This document shows positions 47,483-59,473 of a DNA stretch of 64,000 bases, in pieces. Below the pieces are notes generated by a model that searched no databases, was not told the origin of the DNA, and saw nothing but the letters and a program-made list of their open reading frames with translations. A program made the position numbers and the translations under genes. The stretch comes from Minisyncoccia bacterium (GTDB lineage: Bacteria; Patescibacteriota; Minisyncoccia; Phycocordibacterales; UBA9973): positions 15,274 through 79,273 of the forward strand of contig JBDHUR010000003.1 in assembly GCA_039809265.1 (NCBI GenBank), given 5' to 3'. Each line of letters opens with the position of its first letter. Position 1 is the first letter of the stretch.

Positions 47483-47923
47483 ATGAAAAGAATACCGATA
47501 GTAATGCTTTACTTGCTGACTTCGTTGGGGGCATACAGTCAAGGTAAAAAATCATACTCATATGAGTTTGATAACATACACCGCGTTATCAAAGAATCCT
47601 ACTCACCTGAGTGCAAGTTTATAACCTACACTTACGATAATGACGGAAACCGTTTATTAGAATCTAAAAAATACTTTACGTTTAACGTAAATCAACAAAA
47701 TATAACCTGCCAAAACCCAACAGGCAGCATAATACTAACACCCACCTCAACGGGTGTTTATTCATACCAGTGGAGTAGTGGAGCAACAGGAAACACAGGA
47801 ACTAATTTAACACAAGGGGTAAACACTGTTACTATAACAGAAAGCAACTACAATGGTGCAACCATTACCACAAACTCGCCGCGGATTTTAGATTTGTTTT
47901 CTGCAAAATACCTTTTGACATAG
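47483..47923 (+). pseudogene. RHS/YD-repeat protein N-terminal remnant (signal peptide plus YD repeats), truncated
   Basis: Signal peptide MKRIPIVMLYLLTSLGAYSQG; YSYEFDNIHRV and YTYDNDGNRLL YD-repeat motifs. The ORF runs into the convergent rsmI 3' end. Confidence 0.45.
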
Positions 47924-48531
47924 TCAATATCTCCTTTGACAAATTCTTCATAAAGTTTTGTCATCTCTCTAGCGATCACAACTTCCCTGCCCTTATTCAA
48001 AACTTTTGCAAGCGACTCAAGTGTTTTTTCTATTCTATGCGTAGATTCATAAAAGACAGACACATCCTTTGCTTCGCGAAGCTTTGCAAATATAGTCTCA
48101 CGACCCTTTTTGTGTGGCAAAAATCCAAAGAAATGAAACTCTGCTGTGGATAAACCGGAAGCAGAAAGTGCAGAGACTAGAGCACTAGGTCCTGGAACAG
48201 GAATTACTTTGCACTCTGGTAAATCTCTGTGGACATGTTCCACGAGCAGAACTCCTGGGTCAGAAATGGCAGGTGTGCCAGCATCTGAAACCAAGGATAA
48301 AGTCTTACCTTCCTCAAGCATTTGCAAAATGTCTTTTTCCTTATTCAAAGAGCTATTCGCATGGTAGCTCATGGTTTTGGTTTTTATATCGTAATGATAT
48401 AGAAGTTTCTTTGTAACACGAGTATCTTCACACAGAACAAGATCAGACTCGGCAAGCACGCGAATAGCCCGAAGAGTTATATCCTCCAAGTTGCCTATGG
48501 GTGTTGCTACTATGTATAGTATTCCTGCCAT
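47848..48531 (-). CDS. rsmI: 16S rRNA (cytidine1402-2'-O)-methyltransferase
   Basis: Start trimmed to MAGILYIVATPIGNLEDITLRA. Tetrapyrrole-methylase fold. Confidence 0.85.
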   Translation of the reverse strand: MAGILYIVATPIGNLEDITLRAIRVLAESDLVLCEDTRVTKKLLYHYDIKTKTMSYHANSSLNKEKDILQMLEEGKTLSLVSDAGTPAISDPGVLLVEHVHRDLPECKVIPVPGPSALVSALSASGLSTAEFHFFGFLPHKKGRETIFAKLREAKDVSVFYESTHRIEKTLESLAKVLNKGREVVIAREMTKLYEEFVKGDIDYVKRYFAENKSKIRGEFVVMVAPL

Positions 48532-48583
48532 ATATAAATACGCGTCACGCAAGTGTATTATAACATGTTATAATACATAGAGT

Positions 48584-50515
48584 ATGGACAGATTTTACAG
48601 TATATTTGGCTTTTTAATTTGTTTATTGGCTCTTGGTCTACCAACCAAGAGCTCTGCAGCTGTACCACAGTACGCAAGCTTCCAAAGCTTGCGTCAGTCA
48701 AACGTCATAATTCAATATGGCAACATAGAGAAAAAATATTACTATAACTGTTCTCTTTCTAGCTTCTCTTGCACAAAAAGCACGAATACACCAACAATAA
48801 ACTTTCCATTAAAAGCAAAGACTGGACAGAAGCTTCTTGTGTCTTCAGATGCTTCAAAAGCTATACTTGTGGAAACAAAGAAAAATGGTGCAGGCAATTA
48901 CAACGCTACAGTTTACAAAAATATCTCTGGCAAAGTAGTAAAAGTTGGCACTATCGCCACACCATACTTGCCATATAGCAGTCTGTGGAGTTCTGATTAC
49001 AACAAAGTCGCGCTTTATTCCAAAGATGCAACCTTACCTGCAAACAACATTCGCATTTTCATATTTGATACAGACAAACTTACATCTTTTGGCGAAACTA
49101 CTATAGAAACAAAATATGCCTACTCTTACACTCTTTCCCCGCGCGGAGACACAATTGCTTTTTATGATCCGCCTCGTGACTCAAACAACAAAACTAGGAG
49201 CTTCAACTTTATAGACATTAATAGTGGAAAAACATACAAAATAAACGAACCGCTAGACTATTGGGACTTGGTTTCAGAGCAACCAAGGACTTTCCAATTC
49301 TCTACAGATGGCAAAACTTTGTTTTTCGTAGATGACAAAGACGATCCTATGACTTTATACACTGTTGATATAGACAACACACGGCAAACAGGAGAAATGA
49401 CAGCCGTAAGATTTTTCCCGAATTCTAAAGAACATATTACTGACTTTGCTTTTATAGATGCCAACACTTTGGTGTACATTTCCAACACACCAGATGCTCC
49501 ATACGAATGGGATTTGCGTCTGTATGATATGACAAAAAATACAACAAGTGTCATAACAACAAATGTTGTTTACACTTCACGTATTTTGAAAGAAGGAAAA
49601 TATTTGCTCGTAAATAAAATAGTAAACAACACTGCTGTGCCATATGTCTACAACACCCAAACAAAAGCTGGCAAATATTTCACACAGCTTAAGCCCAGCA
49701 CTACAGCTCTTCCTGGTACCAGAAGTATAGTAGACATAAACGGCATGAAGGGTGTCCTGGTGCAACCTAAGGGCGGCATAACAGCTGATACACCACTTTT
49801 CATCTGGCTGCACGGCGGTCCGTACAGACAAACTTCCTACGGTTACCATCCGTACGGATCCTATGGTGTGTATGACTGGATATTGGATGAAATGGTCAAA
49901 AAGGGTGTGGCGGTACTGAAGCTAGACTACAGAGGCAGCCTGGGCTATGGCAGGATTTATGCTTCGTCTATCAAGAATGAAGTTGGTAAAGGCGATGTGG
50001 CAGATGTAGTACAAGCTGCAACCAAAATCCGCACAGACTACCCTGCCCTCCAAAAAGTTTTCCTTGTAGGCAACAGCTACGGCGGCTATCTAACTTTGAA
50101 ATCGCTAGTGGAAAGACCAGAGACTTTTTCCGGCGGATTCTCTATAAACGGCGTAACAGACTGGGCAGAACTTCTGATACCACTTCGCACTTCTATCTTT
50201 AACACTCATTTCAATGGCTTACCAGACGACAGCAACAAATGGCTATATGACCAAGCATCCATACTCCAGAAGATAAACAACTTACCAAACAACTTGCCCG
50301 TCGTCATAGCTCAAGGTTCAAGCGATAACACCATAAATCCTTCTCAAGCAACCCTGCTTTATAATGCACTCAAAAATACTGGCAAAGATACTGCCATCGT
50401 GCGATACGCGGGTCAAGGACACACATTTAGTGCTGTAAAACCACTGACAGACATCTGCAAGAGGCTTCTCTATATGGCAGGAAAAAGCTCAACAAACGCT
50501 TGCGTATTTAAATAA
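48584..50515 (+). CDS. secreted S9-family peptidase (beta-propeller plus prolyl-oligopeptidase alpha/beta hydrolase domain)
   Basis: 643 aa; signal peptide; C-terminal GNSYGGYLTL nucleophile elbow, downstream Asp/His (SSDNT, GQGHTF). Confidence 0.75.
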   Translation: MDRFYSIFGFLICLLALGLPTKSSAAVPQYASFQSLRQSNVIIQYGNIEKKYYYNCSLSSFSCTKSTNTPTINFPLKAKTGQKLLVSSDASKAILVETKKNGAGNYNATVYKNISGKVVKVGTIATPYLPYSSLWSSDYNKVALYSKDATLPANNIRIFIFDTDKLTSFGETTIETKYAYSYTLSPRGDTIAFYDPPRDSNNKTRSFNFIDINSGKTYKINEPLDYWDLVSEQPRTFQFSTDGKTLFFVDDKDDPMTLYTVDIDNTRQTGEMTAVRFFPNSKEHITDFAFIDANTLVYISNTPDAPYEWDLRLYDMTKNTTSVITTNVVYTSRILKEGKYLLVNKIVNNTAVPYVYNTQTKAGKYFTQLKPSTTALPGTRSIVDINGMKGVLVQPKGGITADTPLFIWLHGGPYRQTSYGYHPYGSYGVYDWILDEMVKKGVAVLKLDYRGSLGYGRIYASSIKNEVGKGDVADVVQAATKIRTDYPALQKVFLVGNSYGGYLTLKSLVERPETFSGGFSINGVTDWAELLIPLRTSIFNTHFNGLPDDSNKWLYDQASILQKINNLPNNLPVVIAQGSSDNTINPSQATLLYNALKNTGKDTAIVRYAGQGHTFSAVKPLTDICKRLLYMAGKSSTNACVFK

Positions 50516-50517
50516 AT

Positions 50518-50550
50518 AAAATCCCCTTGGTTATTCCAGGGGGATTTTTG
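50518..50550. terminator. bidirectional terminator between convergent genes
   Basis: aaatccccttgg-ttatt-ccagggggattt followed by ttgtttt. Confidence 0.5.
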
Positions 50551-50552
50551 TT

Positions 50553-51287
50553 TTACTTCTTCACCTGCATGCCTCTATGATAAACTATCGTGTTTAACAC
50601 CGCGTCCAAATACACATGGTGTGTTTTTGGCAGCCAATGATAAATATGATTTTTTGTAATGTTAAAAGTGCTCCAAGGCCCTTTCGCACAATGCAAGATG
50701 GTTTTACTTATAGAAATACCAAGTCTTTTGTTTAACTCTAAAAAACTGTACTCCATGAGGGAGATATAGAAATCTTGGTCTACATCTACGCATATCACTT
50801 TATTTTGCAGATAGGATGGGAATCTGAACTTATACGTCTCCAGACCGCCATCTTCCGGCATCCTGTAAATCGAACGATCAAAAGATTCATCACCATCTTT
50901 GTTGTAGAAAAAACGAGTTCTTTCTTTAGATAGGTATTCATCAATGCAGGCATATATGGCGTATCCGCAATCAGAAAACACAGGCGGAAATGTCTTTTCG
51001 TATTTATATATCCGAAAGTCTGGGTTTACGAGGCGGGGATCTGTAGCCATAGATTCTACGGCTATCCGGAAGACTATACTTTTACCATCTTTTGTCGGAT
51101 TGCTTATGTTTTCATAAACCTTATAATCTTCTTTCCCCCACAGTGAAGTATTTAGATTTGACATGACGTCATAATATTTCAACTCCATATTGTCGCGATA
51201 GTCACGCGGCTCATTTGAGCTGATCAGTTCTTTGGCAATAAGCACTACCTTGATATCCTCGGTGTGACTTTCAAGTTTCTGTACCAT
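50553..51287 (-). CDS. hypothetical protein
   Basis: 244 aa ORF with a DVDQD (DxD-like) segment. No confident family assignment. Confidence 0.4.
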   Translation of the reverse strand: MVQKLESHTEDIKVVLIAKELISSNEPRDYRDNMELKYYDVMSNLNTSLWGKEDYKVYENISNPTKDGKSIVFRIAVESMATDPRLVNPDFRIYKYEKTFPPVFSDCGYAIYACIDEYLSKERTRFFYNKDGDESFDRSIYRMPEDGGLETYKFRFPSYLQNKVICVDVDQDFYISLMEYSFLELNKRLGISISKTILHCAKGPWSTFNITKNHIYHWLPKTHHVYLDAVLNTIVYHRGMQVKK

Positions 51288-51343
51288 ATTTTTAGATTTT
51301 AATGTTTAGTATATGGTACTACTTTATATGTTTTTGTCAATGT

Positions 51344-51784
51344 TTACTTATATTTCTTGGTTCGCCACTTGTCAGCTATTTTAACCTTGTTTAGAGAGCG
51401 CTCAAGCTCTGCTTCAAAGTGCTCAAAATCCACGTCCTGAGCGTTTTTACGCTCTTTAGAGAGCTTTTCTGCCTTAACTCTAGCTTCCTCTATGCTTTTC
51501 TCTATATCCCCAACGTGCTCGGCATAGTCTGCTAGCACTGCTACCTCAGTAACACCATCCACTTTTTTTACTTCCACAAACCCTCCATCCAAAGCAAACG
51601 GCACAGGCTCGTCTGTAGCACCAGCCACAATATCGCCAGAAGTCAGAGATGCAACTAGCGGAATATGATCCGGCAAGACAGTTATAATACCTTCTTTTGT
51701 AGGTAAAGTTACTTGGCTGACATTTTCTTCAAATACCAGCTTTTCCGGAGTAACTATTTTGAGTTTTAGAAATTTATTTGACAT
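51344..51784 (-). CDS. atpC: F-type ATP synthase epsilon subunit
   Basis: 146 aa; LKIVTPEKLVFEENVSQVTLPTKEGIITVLPDHIPL. Confidence 0.85.
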   Translation of the reverse strand: MSNKFLKLKIVTPEKLVFEENVSQVTLPTKEGIITVLPDHIPLVASLTSGDIVAGATDEPVPFALDGGFVEVKKVDGVTEVAVLADYAEHVGDIEKSIEEARVKAEKLSKERKNAQDVDFEHFEAELERSLNKVKIADKWRTKKYK

Positions 51785-51785
51785 A

Positions 51786-53439
<1,654 letters not shown>

Positions 53440-53443
53440 AAAT

Positions 53444-54349
53444 TTAACTCACTGAAGCCATACCAGCCGAGATTTCCGAAATTTCTTGCGTGATGCCGGC
53501 TTGGCGGGCTTTGTTAAATACTAATGTCAGATCTCCAATCATATCTGCCGCGGCGTCGCTTGCGTTCTTCATTGCGATCATTCGTGCCGACTGTTCACTC
53601 GCGCTTGATTCAAGGATCATCTGATACATTTGCATTCTGACAATCTTTACGACCATGTCTTTCATCACTTCTTCGTAGTTCGGTTCAAAGACATACTGTG
53701 TTCCTGTTTTGCTTTCTGAAATATTTTTATTTTCTACTGTAGAGAGCGCTTCTTCAATCCCTTTCTTAACTTCCTCTTTCGATACCGGCAAAAGTTTTCG
53801 TATCTTTGGTATCTGCGTAAGTCCGGAAACGTAGTCGGTGAATGCAACATGGATTTCGTCATACTTTCCTGATGCGTACAAATCTGTAACAAGTCTTGCT
53901 GCCGAGAGCGTGTCGAACAGTTTTGGATTCTCCGGCATTTCAGTAAACGAAGCGATGACTTCTTTCCCAAGCCGTCGCAGCATAGCGTCGCCTTTCTTCC
54001 CTACTGTTACGAAAGAAAGTTCGTCGTTCGGGTGAGTTCGCATTTGCGCGATTACTTTTCGCATAATCTGCGCGTTGTAGGAGCCGCATAGTCCGCGGTT
54101 GGAAGTAATAAGCACGGTCAATTTTTTATTTCCATTTCGTTCCTTCAAAAGTTCATGAGTTGTTTCATCCACATACTGAGACAAAGAAGTCAGAACTTCC
54201 CAAGAATATCCGGCGTACACGCGAGAAGCAACCGTCATACCGACGGCTTTCTTCATCTTGGCAGCAGCAACAAGCTCCATCGCCTTGGTGATTTTCTTTG
54301 TGTTCTTTATGGACGTAATACGTCGTTTGATTTCTTTTGTGGATGCCAT
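53444..54349 (-). CDS. atpG: F-type ATP synthase gamma subunit
   Basis: 301 aa; MASTKEIKRRITSIKNTKKITKAMELVAAAKM. Confidence 0.9.
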   Translation of the reverse strand: MASTKEIKRRITSIKNTKKITKAMELVAAAKMKKAVGMTVASRVYAGYSWEVLTSLSQYVDETTHELLKERNGNKKLTVLITSNRGLCGSYNAQIMRKVIAQMRTHPNDELSFVTVGKKGDAMLRRLGKEVIASFTEMPENPKLFDTLSAARLVTDLYASGKYDEIHVAFTDYVSGLTQIPKIRKLLPVSKEEVKKGIEEALSTVENKNISESKTGTQYVFEPNYEEVMKDMVVKIVRMQMYQMILESSASEQSARMIAMKNASDAAADMIGDLTLVFNKARQAGITQEISEISAGMASVS

Positions 54350-54353
54350 TTAA

Positions 54354-54695
54354 TTAATCTAAACTTTCGTAAGAAATGATATCTTTTAGTCTTTCAGGAA
54401 ATTCTGAAGGTTCTGGCAATACAATATCTTGATCTTCAATTTTTATTGGTTTTGTAAAATCCAAAAAGTGCATGAAAAATACTACGCGATGAGGGAACGC
54501 ATTTGGTTTATTTACAACCTCACTTCCAGTTTCATTTAGAAACTGATCATCATATGGTGCCTGCCAATCAAGCCTTGGTACACCTTCAACTTCTTGAGTT
54601 ATTTCATCAAAATTTAAAGCTTTGTCTGAAGTAAGCTCTATAAGATGAACATCTGGATTATTTTCTACTTTATACACACCAATTATATTGATCAT
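54354..54695 (-). CDS. small AT-rich hypothetical protein inserted between atpA and atpG
   Basis: 113 aa ORF, 6 nt after the atpA stop and 4 nt before the atpG start. Low GC relative to neighbours. Confidence 0.4.
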   Translation of the reverse strand: MINIIGVYKVENNPDVHLIELTSDKALNFDEITQEVEGVPRLDWQAPYDDQFLNETGSEVVNKPNAFPHRVVFFMHFLDFTKPIKIEDQDIVLPEPSEFPERLKDIISYESLD

Positions 54696-54701
54696 AAAAT
54701 T

Positions 54702-56210
54702 TTATTTATTGAACACCGTCTTATATTCCTCAATAATTTTCTTAAGTTCTGCTTCTCCTTCATCTGTCCACATTTTTGCTTCGCGGACTTCTGACATGAA
54801 CTGCTTTGCGTTCTGTTCTCCGTATTTGATCAAGCCCGTTTCAAATTCTCGAATCTTGTCGATCGCAATGTCGTCCACAAGTCCGCGAGTAAGCGCATAC
54901 ATGGAGACAACTTGGTGTTCCACACTCATCGGAGAATATTGTCCTTGCTTCAAAAGTTCCACTGCTCGGCGTCCTCGGTCAAGCTGCTTTCGAGTTCCTT
55001 CGTCCAAATCTGAACCGAACTGTGTAAAGGCTTCAAGTTCTCGAAACTGCGCAAGATCGAGCTTCAATGTTCCAGCAACTTTTTTCATCGCTTTGATCTG
55101 AGCAGAAGATCCCACGCGAGACACAGAGTTACCAACGTTTACTGCAGGACGAATACCTTTGTAGAACAAATCTGTTTCCAAGAAAATCTGTCCGTCAGTG
55201 ATAGAAATAACGTTTGTCGGAATGTAAGCAGAAATATCTCCGGCCTGAGTTTCAATGATTGGAAGCGCTGTAATAGAACCTCCACCGAATTCTTTGTTCT
55301 TTCGGCAAGCGCGTTCAAGCAAGCGTGAGTGCAAGTAGAACACATCTCCAGGGTAAGCTTCGCGGCCTGGTGGACGTCGAAGAAGAAGAGAAATTTCTCG
55401 GTAAGCAACAGCATGCTTTGAAAGATCATCGTAGATGATGAGCACGTCTTCACCTTTGTCCATGAAATATTCTGCGATAGACACACCAGTATAAGGCGCA
55501 ATATAAGAAAGCGCAGCCGGTTCTGAAGCGCCGGCAGAGACAATGACTGTGTAGTCCATAGCGCCAGCTTCGCGCAAGCGTGTCTCTATCTTTCTGAGTT
55601 TTGAATCTTTCTGACCGATGGAAACGTAGACGCATTTCATATTTTGACCCTTCTGGTTCAATATCGTGTCTATAGCAATAGCAGTCTTACCAGTTTGTCT
55701 GTCACCAATGATAAGTTCACGCTGACCTCGACCTATCGGGATAAGCGCATCTATAGCTTTTATACCTGTCTGTACCGGCTGGTCCACAGACTGTCTAGTG
55801 ATCACACCAGAAGCCACGCGTTCTATAGGGTAATTTGTTTTTGATTCTATAGTGCCAGCGCCATCTATTGGAGCGCCAAGAGCGTCTACCACACGGCCTA
55901 TCATCGCCTCACCAACAGGCACAGAAAGTATTTTACCTGTACGCTTTACACCTTGACCTTCTTTCAGGTGGGTATAATCTCCAAGCACAATAGCACCGAT
56001 AGCATCTTCCTCAAGGTTAAGTGCCACCCCCATACCGCCAGCATCAAACGCCACCATTTCTGAAGATTGGCATTGTGAAAGACCGGAAATTTTTACAATT
56101 CCGTCTGAAACAGACACAATAGTTCCGACTTCATATATTTCTGGAGTCGCATCAAACTCTTGGATCTTTTGTTTTAAATTGTTGATGAGTGCTTCTGCTT
56201 GTGTTTTCAT
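54702..56210 (-). CDS. atpA: F-type ATP synthase alpha subunit
   Basis: 502 aa; GDRQTGKT Walker A, conserved alpha sequence. Confidence 0.95.
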   Translation of the reverse strand: MKTQAEALINNLKQKIQEFDATPEIYEVGTIVSVSDGIVKISGLSQCQSSEMVAFDAGGMGVALNLEEDAIGAIVLGDYTHLKEGQGVKRTGKILSVPVGEAMIGRVVDALGAPIDGAGTIESKTNYPIERVASGVITRQSVDQPVQTGIKAIDALIPIGRGQRELIIGDRQTGKTAIAIDTILNQKGQNMKCVYVSIGQKDSKLRKIETRLREAGAMDYTVIVSAGASEPAALSYIAPYTGVSIAEYFMDKGEDVLIIYDDLSKHAVAYREISLLLRRPPGREAYPGDVFYLHSRLLERACRKNKEFGGGSITALPIIETQAGDISAYIPTNVISITDGQIFLETDLFYKGIRPAVNVGNSVSRVGSSAQIKAMKKVAGTLKLDLAQFRELEAFTQFGSDLDEGTRKQLDRGRRAVELLKQGQYSPMSVEHQVVSMYALTRGLVDDIAIDKIREFETGLIKYGEQNAKQFMSEVREAKMWTDEGEAELKKIIEEYKTVFNK

Positions 56211-56212
56211 AT

Positions 56213-56593
56213 TTAGTGTGTAAGTGATTCTTGTAATAAGACTAGTTGTTTTTTTAAACTTGCATCATACTCTAGCCCTTTATATGTAGCGATGAATCCT
56301 CCGATCAGTGTTTCATCTATCTCTACTTCTACATCTTTACCGCTTGCATTCATTTTCTCTGTTATCCCTGATACAGTATTCTTACTTATTTCAAAAGGTG
56401 TACGGATGCGGACTTGTTCATTTCTTGACTTCATCTCAACCAATCGTTCTAAATGACGCAATATGTCTGGAAGTCTGTTCTCCATCTTGTGCGAGGTAAC
56501 AAATTTCATAAAGTCTTTTGTTACTTGCTCTCCAGTTCTACCGTCTTCAAGCATGGACAAAAGTGTATGTGCGATGTTCTTTGATGCATCCAT
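56213..56593 (-). CDS. atpH: F-type ATP synthase delta (OSCP) subunit, short form
   Basis: 126 aa; C-terminal IDETLIGGF delta motif. Position between atpF and atpA. Confidence 0.7.
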   Translation of the reverse strand: MDASKNIAHTLLSMLEDGRTGEQVTKDFMKFVTSHKMENRLPDILRHLERLVEMKSRNEQVRIRTPFEISKNTVSGITEKMNASGKDVEVEIDETLIGGFIATYKGLEYDASLKKQLVLLQESLTH

Positions 56594-57084
56594 TATTTGG
56601 CAAGAATTTCTTTGATAATCTTTTCGCTTTTTTCACCAGTCATTGTATTTTTCAATATCTTCTCTACAGACATAACCACAGCCTTTGCGGTCTCTGTATT
56701 CAGCTCTTTTATCATGCTTTCACGCTCCTTATCCACCATAGCTCGGCCATTCTCAAGTATTCCCTGTTTTTCTTTCTCTGCATCTACCTGTGCTTGTGCG
56801 ACTATACCCTTTCCGTCCTCTTCTGCTTTAGTTAAAGTATCTACCGCTTTCATACGAGCTTCCTTTTCTATTTCTTTTTTAGTTTCTTCGGCTTCTGACA
56901 AAGCAACTTTTGACTTCTCTGCATTCTCTAATCCAGTCGTGATATCTGTGTGTCTGTCACGGATCACCTTACGAAGTGGTTTTATAGCTATGAAGTAAAG
57001 TATCACAAACACCAACGCAAAGTTGAATATCTGCGCTAGCATGAGTTTCCAATCTATATGAAATGTTGCTATTAAATCGTTCAT
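56593..57084 (-). CDS. atpF: F-type ATP synthase subunit b
   Basis: 163 aa; N-terminal TM then a long charged helix. Confidence 0.8.
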   Translation of the reverse strand: MNDLIATFHIDWKLMLAQIFNFALVFVILYFIAIKPLRKVIRDRHTDITTGLENAEKSKVALSEAEETKKEIEKEARMKAVDTLTKAEEDGKGIVAQAQVDAEKEKQGILENGRAMVDKERESMIKELNTETAKAVVMSVEKILKNTMTGEKSEKIIKEILAK

Positions 57085-57158
57085 TGAAAAATTTTATACT
57101 TATAATACTGCCCTGAACACAATGCAGATGATAGGCTTCCGCATTGAGGTTCAAAACA

Positions 57159-57452
<294 letters not shown>

Positions 57453-57483
57453 TCAACCACATGTGCCACAAGTCAAAAAGTTT

Positions 57484-58386
57484 TTAGCTGTGTGCTACAG
57501 ACCGAGCATGTGCGTCATGCGATTCGTCATGAGCATCATGATCCTGTGAAGCTATAGTAAAGTAGACCACTGTCAAAAGAGAAAAGATGAGGGCTTGGAT
57601 GAGTCCGACAAAAACTTCGAGCAACAGAAATGGTGCCGGAACAACGTACGCAACAAGCGCGCTCATGGACGCAAGCAAGACTTCGCCGGCAAACACGTTC
57701 CCAAAAAGACGAAAAGAAAGCGAAGCAACTTTTGCTATTTCTCCTATAGCTTCAAGCACACCTACAAAGAACGAGATTGGTGCCACCACAAGGATGGTCG
57801 GCTCGCGCCGTACTTTGGTAAAGATGTACCCAAGCGCTTTAAGATTAACATATTTGTTAAAGGTTTTCCATAGACCAATTGACACTATACCAAATATATT
57901 GGCTCCTATAACAGAAAAAAGTCCGAGCGCAAGAGTAGTATTTACATCGGCAGTGCCCCCGCGGAAAAGCGCCACAAATGTCTCATGTCCGTCTTTTATC
58001 TCATTGAATCCGATAGAACCTACGCCGGGTAGAATTCCCAGCCAGTTGTTGAATAGCATAAAGAAGAAAATAGATATTGCTAGCGGGAAAATTTTCTCTG
58101 AAAGCTTGCGGTCATTGGTAACTTGGTCACAAACAGATAACGCACCTTCTACTACTATTTCAAAAATATGCTGCATTTTGCTCGGTATTTTAGAAAGCTT
58201 GAGGCGCAAAACAACAGAGACAAGCACAACGAGAGCAAGCGCTAGCCAACTGGTAAGCATAGAATTTGTCACAGGTATTCCACCATCAGACGGCCCAATA
58301 TGAAAAACCTCTTCGGCAAAGAGTGTATGAGCGTGGTGGGAGTTTTCTGTTGTTTGTGTTTCTGTATGAATGTTTTCAGTATGCAT
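57484..58386 (-). CDS. atpB: F-type ATP synthase subunit a
   Basis: 300 aa; LSFRLFGNVFAGE conserved Arg-containing helix. Confidence 0.85.
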   Translation of the reverse strand: MHTENIHTETQTTENSHHAHTLFAEEVFHIGPSDGGIPVTNSMLTSWLALALVVLVSVVLRLKLSKIPSKMQHIFEIVVEGALSVCDQVTNDRKLSEKIFPLAISIFFFMLFNNWLGILPGVGSIGFNEIKDGHETFVALFRGGTADVNTTLALGLFSVIGANIFGIVSIGLWKTFNKYVNLKALGYIFTKVRREPTILVVAPISFFVGVLEAIGEIAKVASLSFRLFGNVFAGEVLLASMSALVAYVVPAPFLLLEVFVGLIQALIFSLLTVVYFTIASQDHDAHDESHDAHARSVAHS

Positions 58387-58388
58387 AG

Positions 58389-58634
58389 CTATTTATCGTT
58401 GGTTGTTTCAAAGTTGTTGCGGTAAATCTTTATCTCTTTATATATGCCATAAATAGTGGCGGCAAAGCAGACAGCAAGGATAATGAAAAACACTGCATTG
58501 CTGGCATGTGTAAAATGCTTTACCAGAAACGCTACAGCCACAGGCCCTAGTATCCAGCTGGTTGTCTTGGCATAGAACATAAGCGCTGGCTTGTACCAGC
58601 TTTCCCCTGCCTGCTTTTTCCCATCTGTATCCAT
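58389..58634 (-). CDS. small membrane protein at head of atp operon (AtpZ/AtpI-like, putative)
   Basis: 81 aa, two TM helices, immediately upstream of atpB. Confidence 0.4.
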   Translation of the reverse strand: MDTDGKKQAGESWYKPALMFYAKTTSWILGPVAVAFLVKHFTHASNAVFFIILAVCFAATIYGIYKEIKIYRNNFETTNDK

Positions 58635-58689
58635 AAAAAGAAAAGGCTAAAAATCTCTTTTGGCCAAGGACAGTATAACACAACAGAAC

Positions 58690-58733
58690 CAAATCGTAAA
58701 ACAAAAATAGAGACCCATACAGGATCTCTATTT
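58690..58733 (-). terminator. minus-strand hairpin plus U-tract between tRNA-Ile and the atp operon
   Basis: aaatagagaccc / gggatctctattt-type stem with one mismatch (58705-58733); minus-strand downstream sequence reads tttgttttacg. Confidence 0.45.
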
Positions 58734-58853
58734 ACAAATTCAATAAACCAAATCAGTTGCCCAAAATACTTTTTACCAAAGGATATTCTGAAAAATGATT
58801 TTTAATATGTTCCATACTAAAGGCATCCTCGCACAAATATACTATGTCAACTG

Positions 58854-58925
58854 TGAGTGTGGAAGGAATCGGACCTTCGACCTCTGTCTTATCAGGACAG
58901 CGTTCTACCACTGAACTACACACTC
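58854..58925 (-). tRNA. tRNA-Ile (anticodon GAT)
   Basis: Hand-folded cloverleaf: acceptor GAGTGTG/CACACTC, D-arm GTTC-AGTGGTA-GAAC, anticodon stem CTGTC/GACAG with loop CTGATAA, T-arm GAAGG-TCCGATT-CCTTC, discriminator A. No encoded CCA. Confidence 0.7.
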
Positions 58926-58981
58926 ATAATAGTCTTTTGAATATAACAGAAATTTGCACTTGTAGCAATAAAACAACAAAA

Positions 58982-59011
58982 GAAAAGCGCCCCGCGTAGC
59001 GGGGCGCTTTT
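58982..59011. terminator. terminator downstream of the RRM-protein gene
   Basis: aaaagcgccccgc-gtag-cggggcgctttt. Confidence 0.55.
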
Positions 59012-59021
59012 TAGCCTAGAC

Positions 59022-59306
59022 TTATCTTCCTCCTCGGAATCCGCCTGAAGGACGAGCTTCCATAGGACGAGCTTCATTCACTGTAAGGTTTCGTCCACCG
59101 AAATCCTTTCCATTGAACATGTCGATAGCTTTCTGAGCTTCGTCATCGTTTGACATTTCTACGAAACCGAATCCTTTGGATCGGCCTGTCATCTTGTCTA
59201 TGATAATAGTAGCAGAATCTACTGCTCCAGCTTGAGCGAAGTGATTTTTGAATTCATCTTCGGTAGTGGAGTATGGTAGTCCGCCAACATACAATTTCTT
59301 TGCCAT
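59022..59306 (-). CDS. RRM-domain RNA-binding protein with RGG-like tail
   Basis: 94 aa; RNP2 LYVGGL, RNP1 KGFGFVEM, C-terminal GGFRGGR. Confidence 0.85.
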   Translation of the reverse strand: MAKKLYVGGLPYSTTEDEFKNHFAQAGAVDSATIIIDKMTGRSKGFGFVEMSNDDEAQKAIDMFNGKDFGGRNLTVNEARPMEARPSGGFRGGR

Positions 59307-59473
59307 ACTTTTACGCGAAACAAGTTCGCGAAGAAAATTATTTAATAACGTAGACTAGGCTCGTTGTACCCATGGATAGGCACGGATACTTTTATTGGAA
59401 ACCCAACAAACAAAAGCTAAAGACCTACAGGTAGTTTATAGCATAAAAGCAAACGTATGGCAATGTGAATATC

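Noticed and set aside
58635-58690. Promoter for the atp operon on the minus strand (TGtTATACT extended -10 around 58672-58680)
   Set aside because: A -10-like element is present but no convincing -35. Left as a note rather than a feature.
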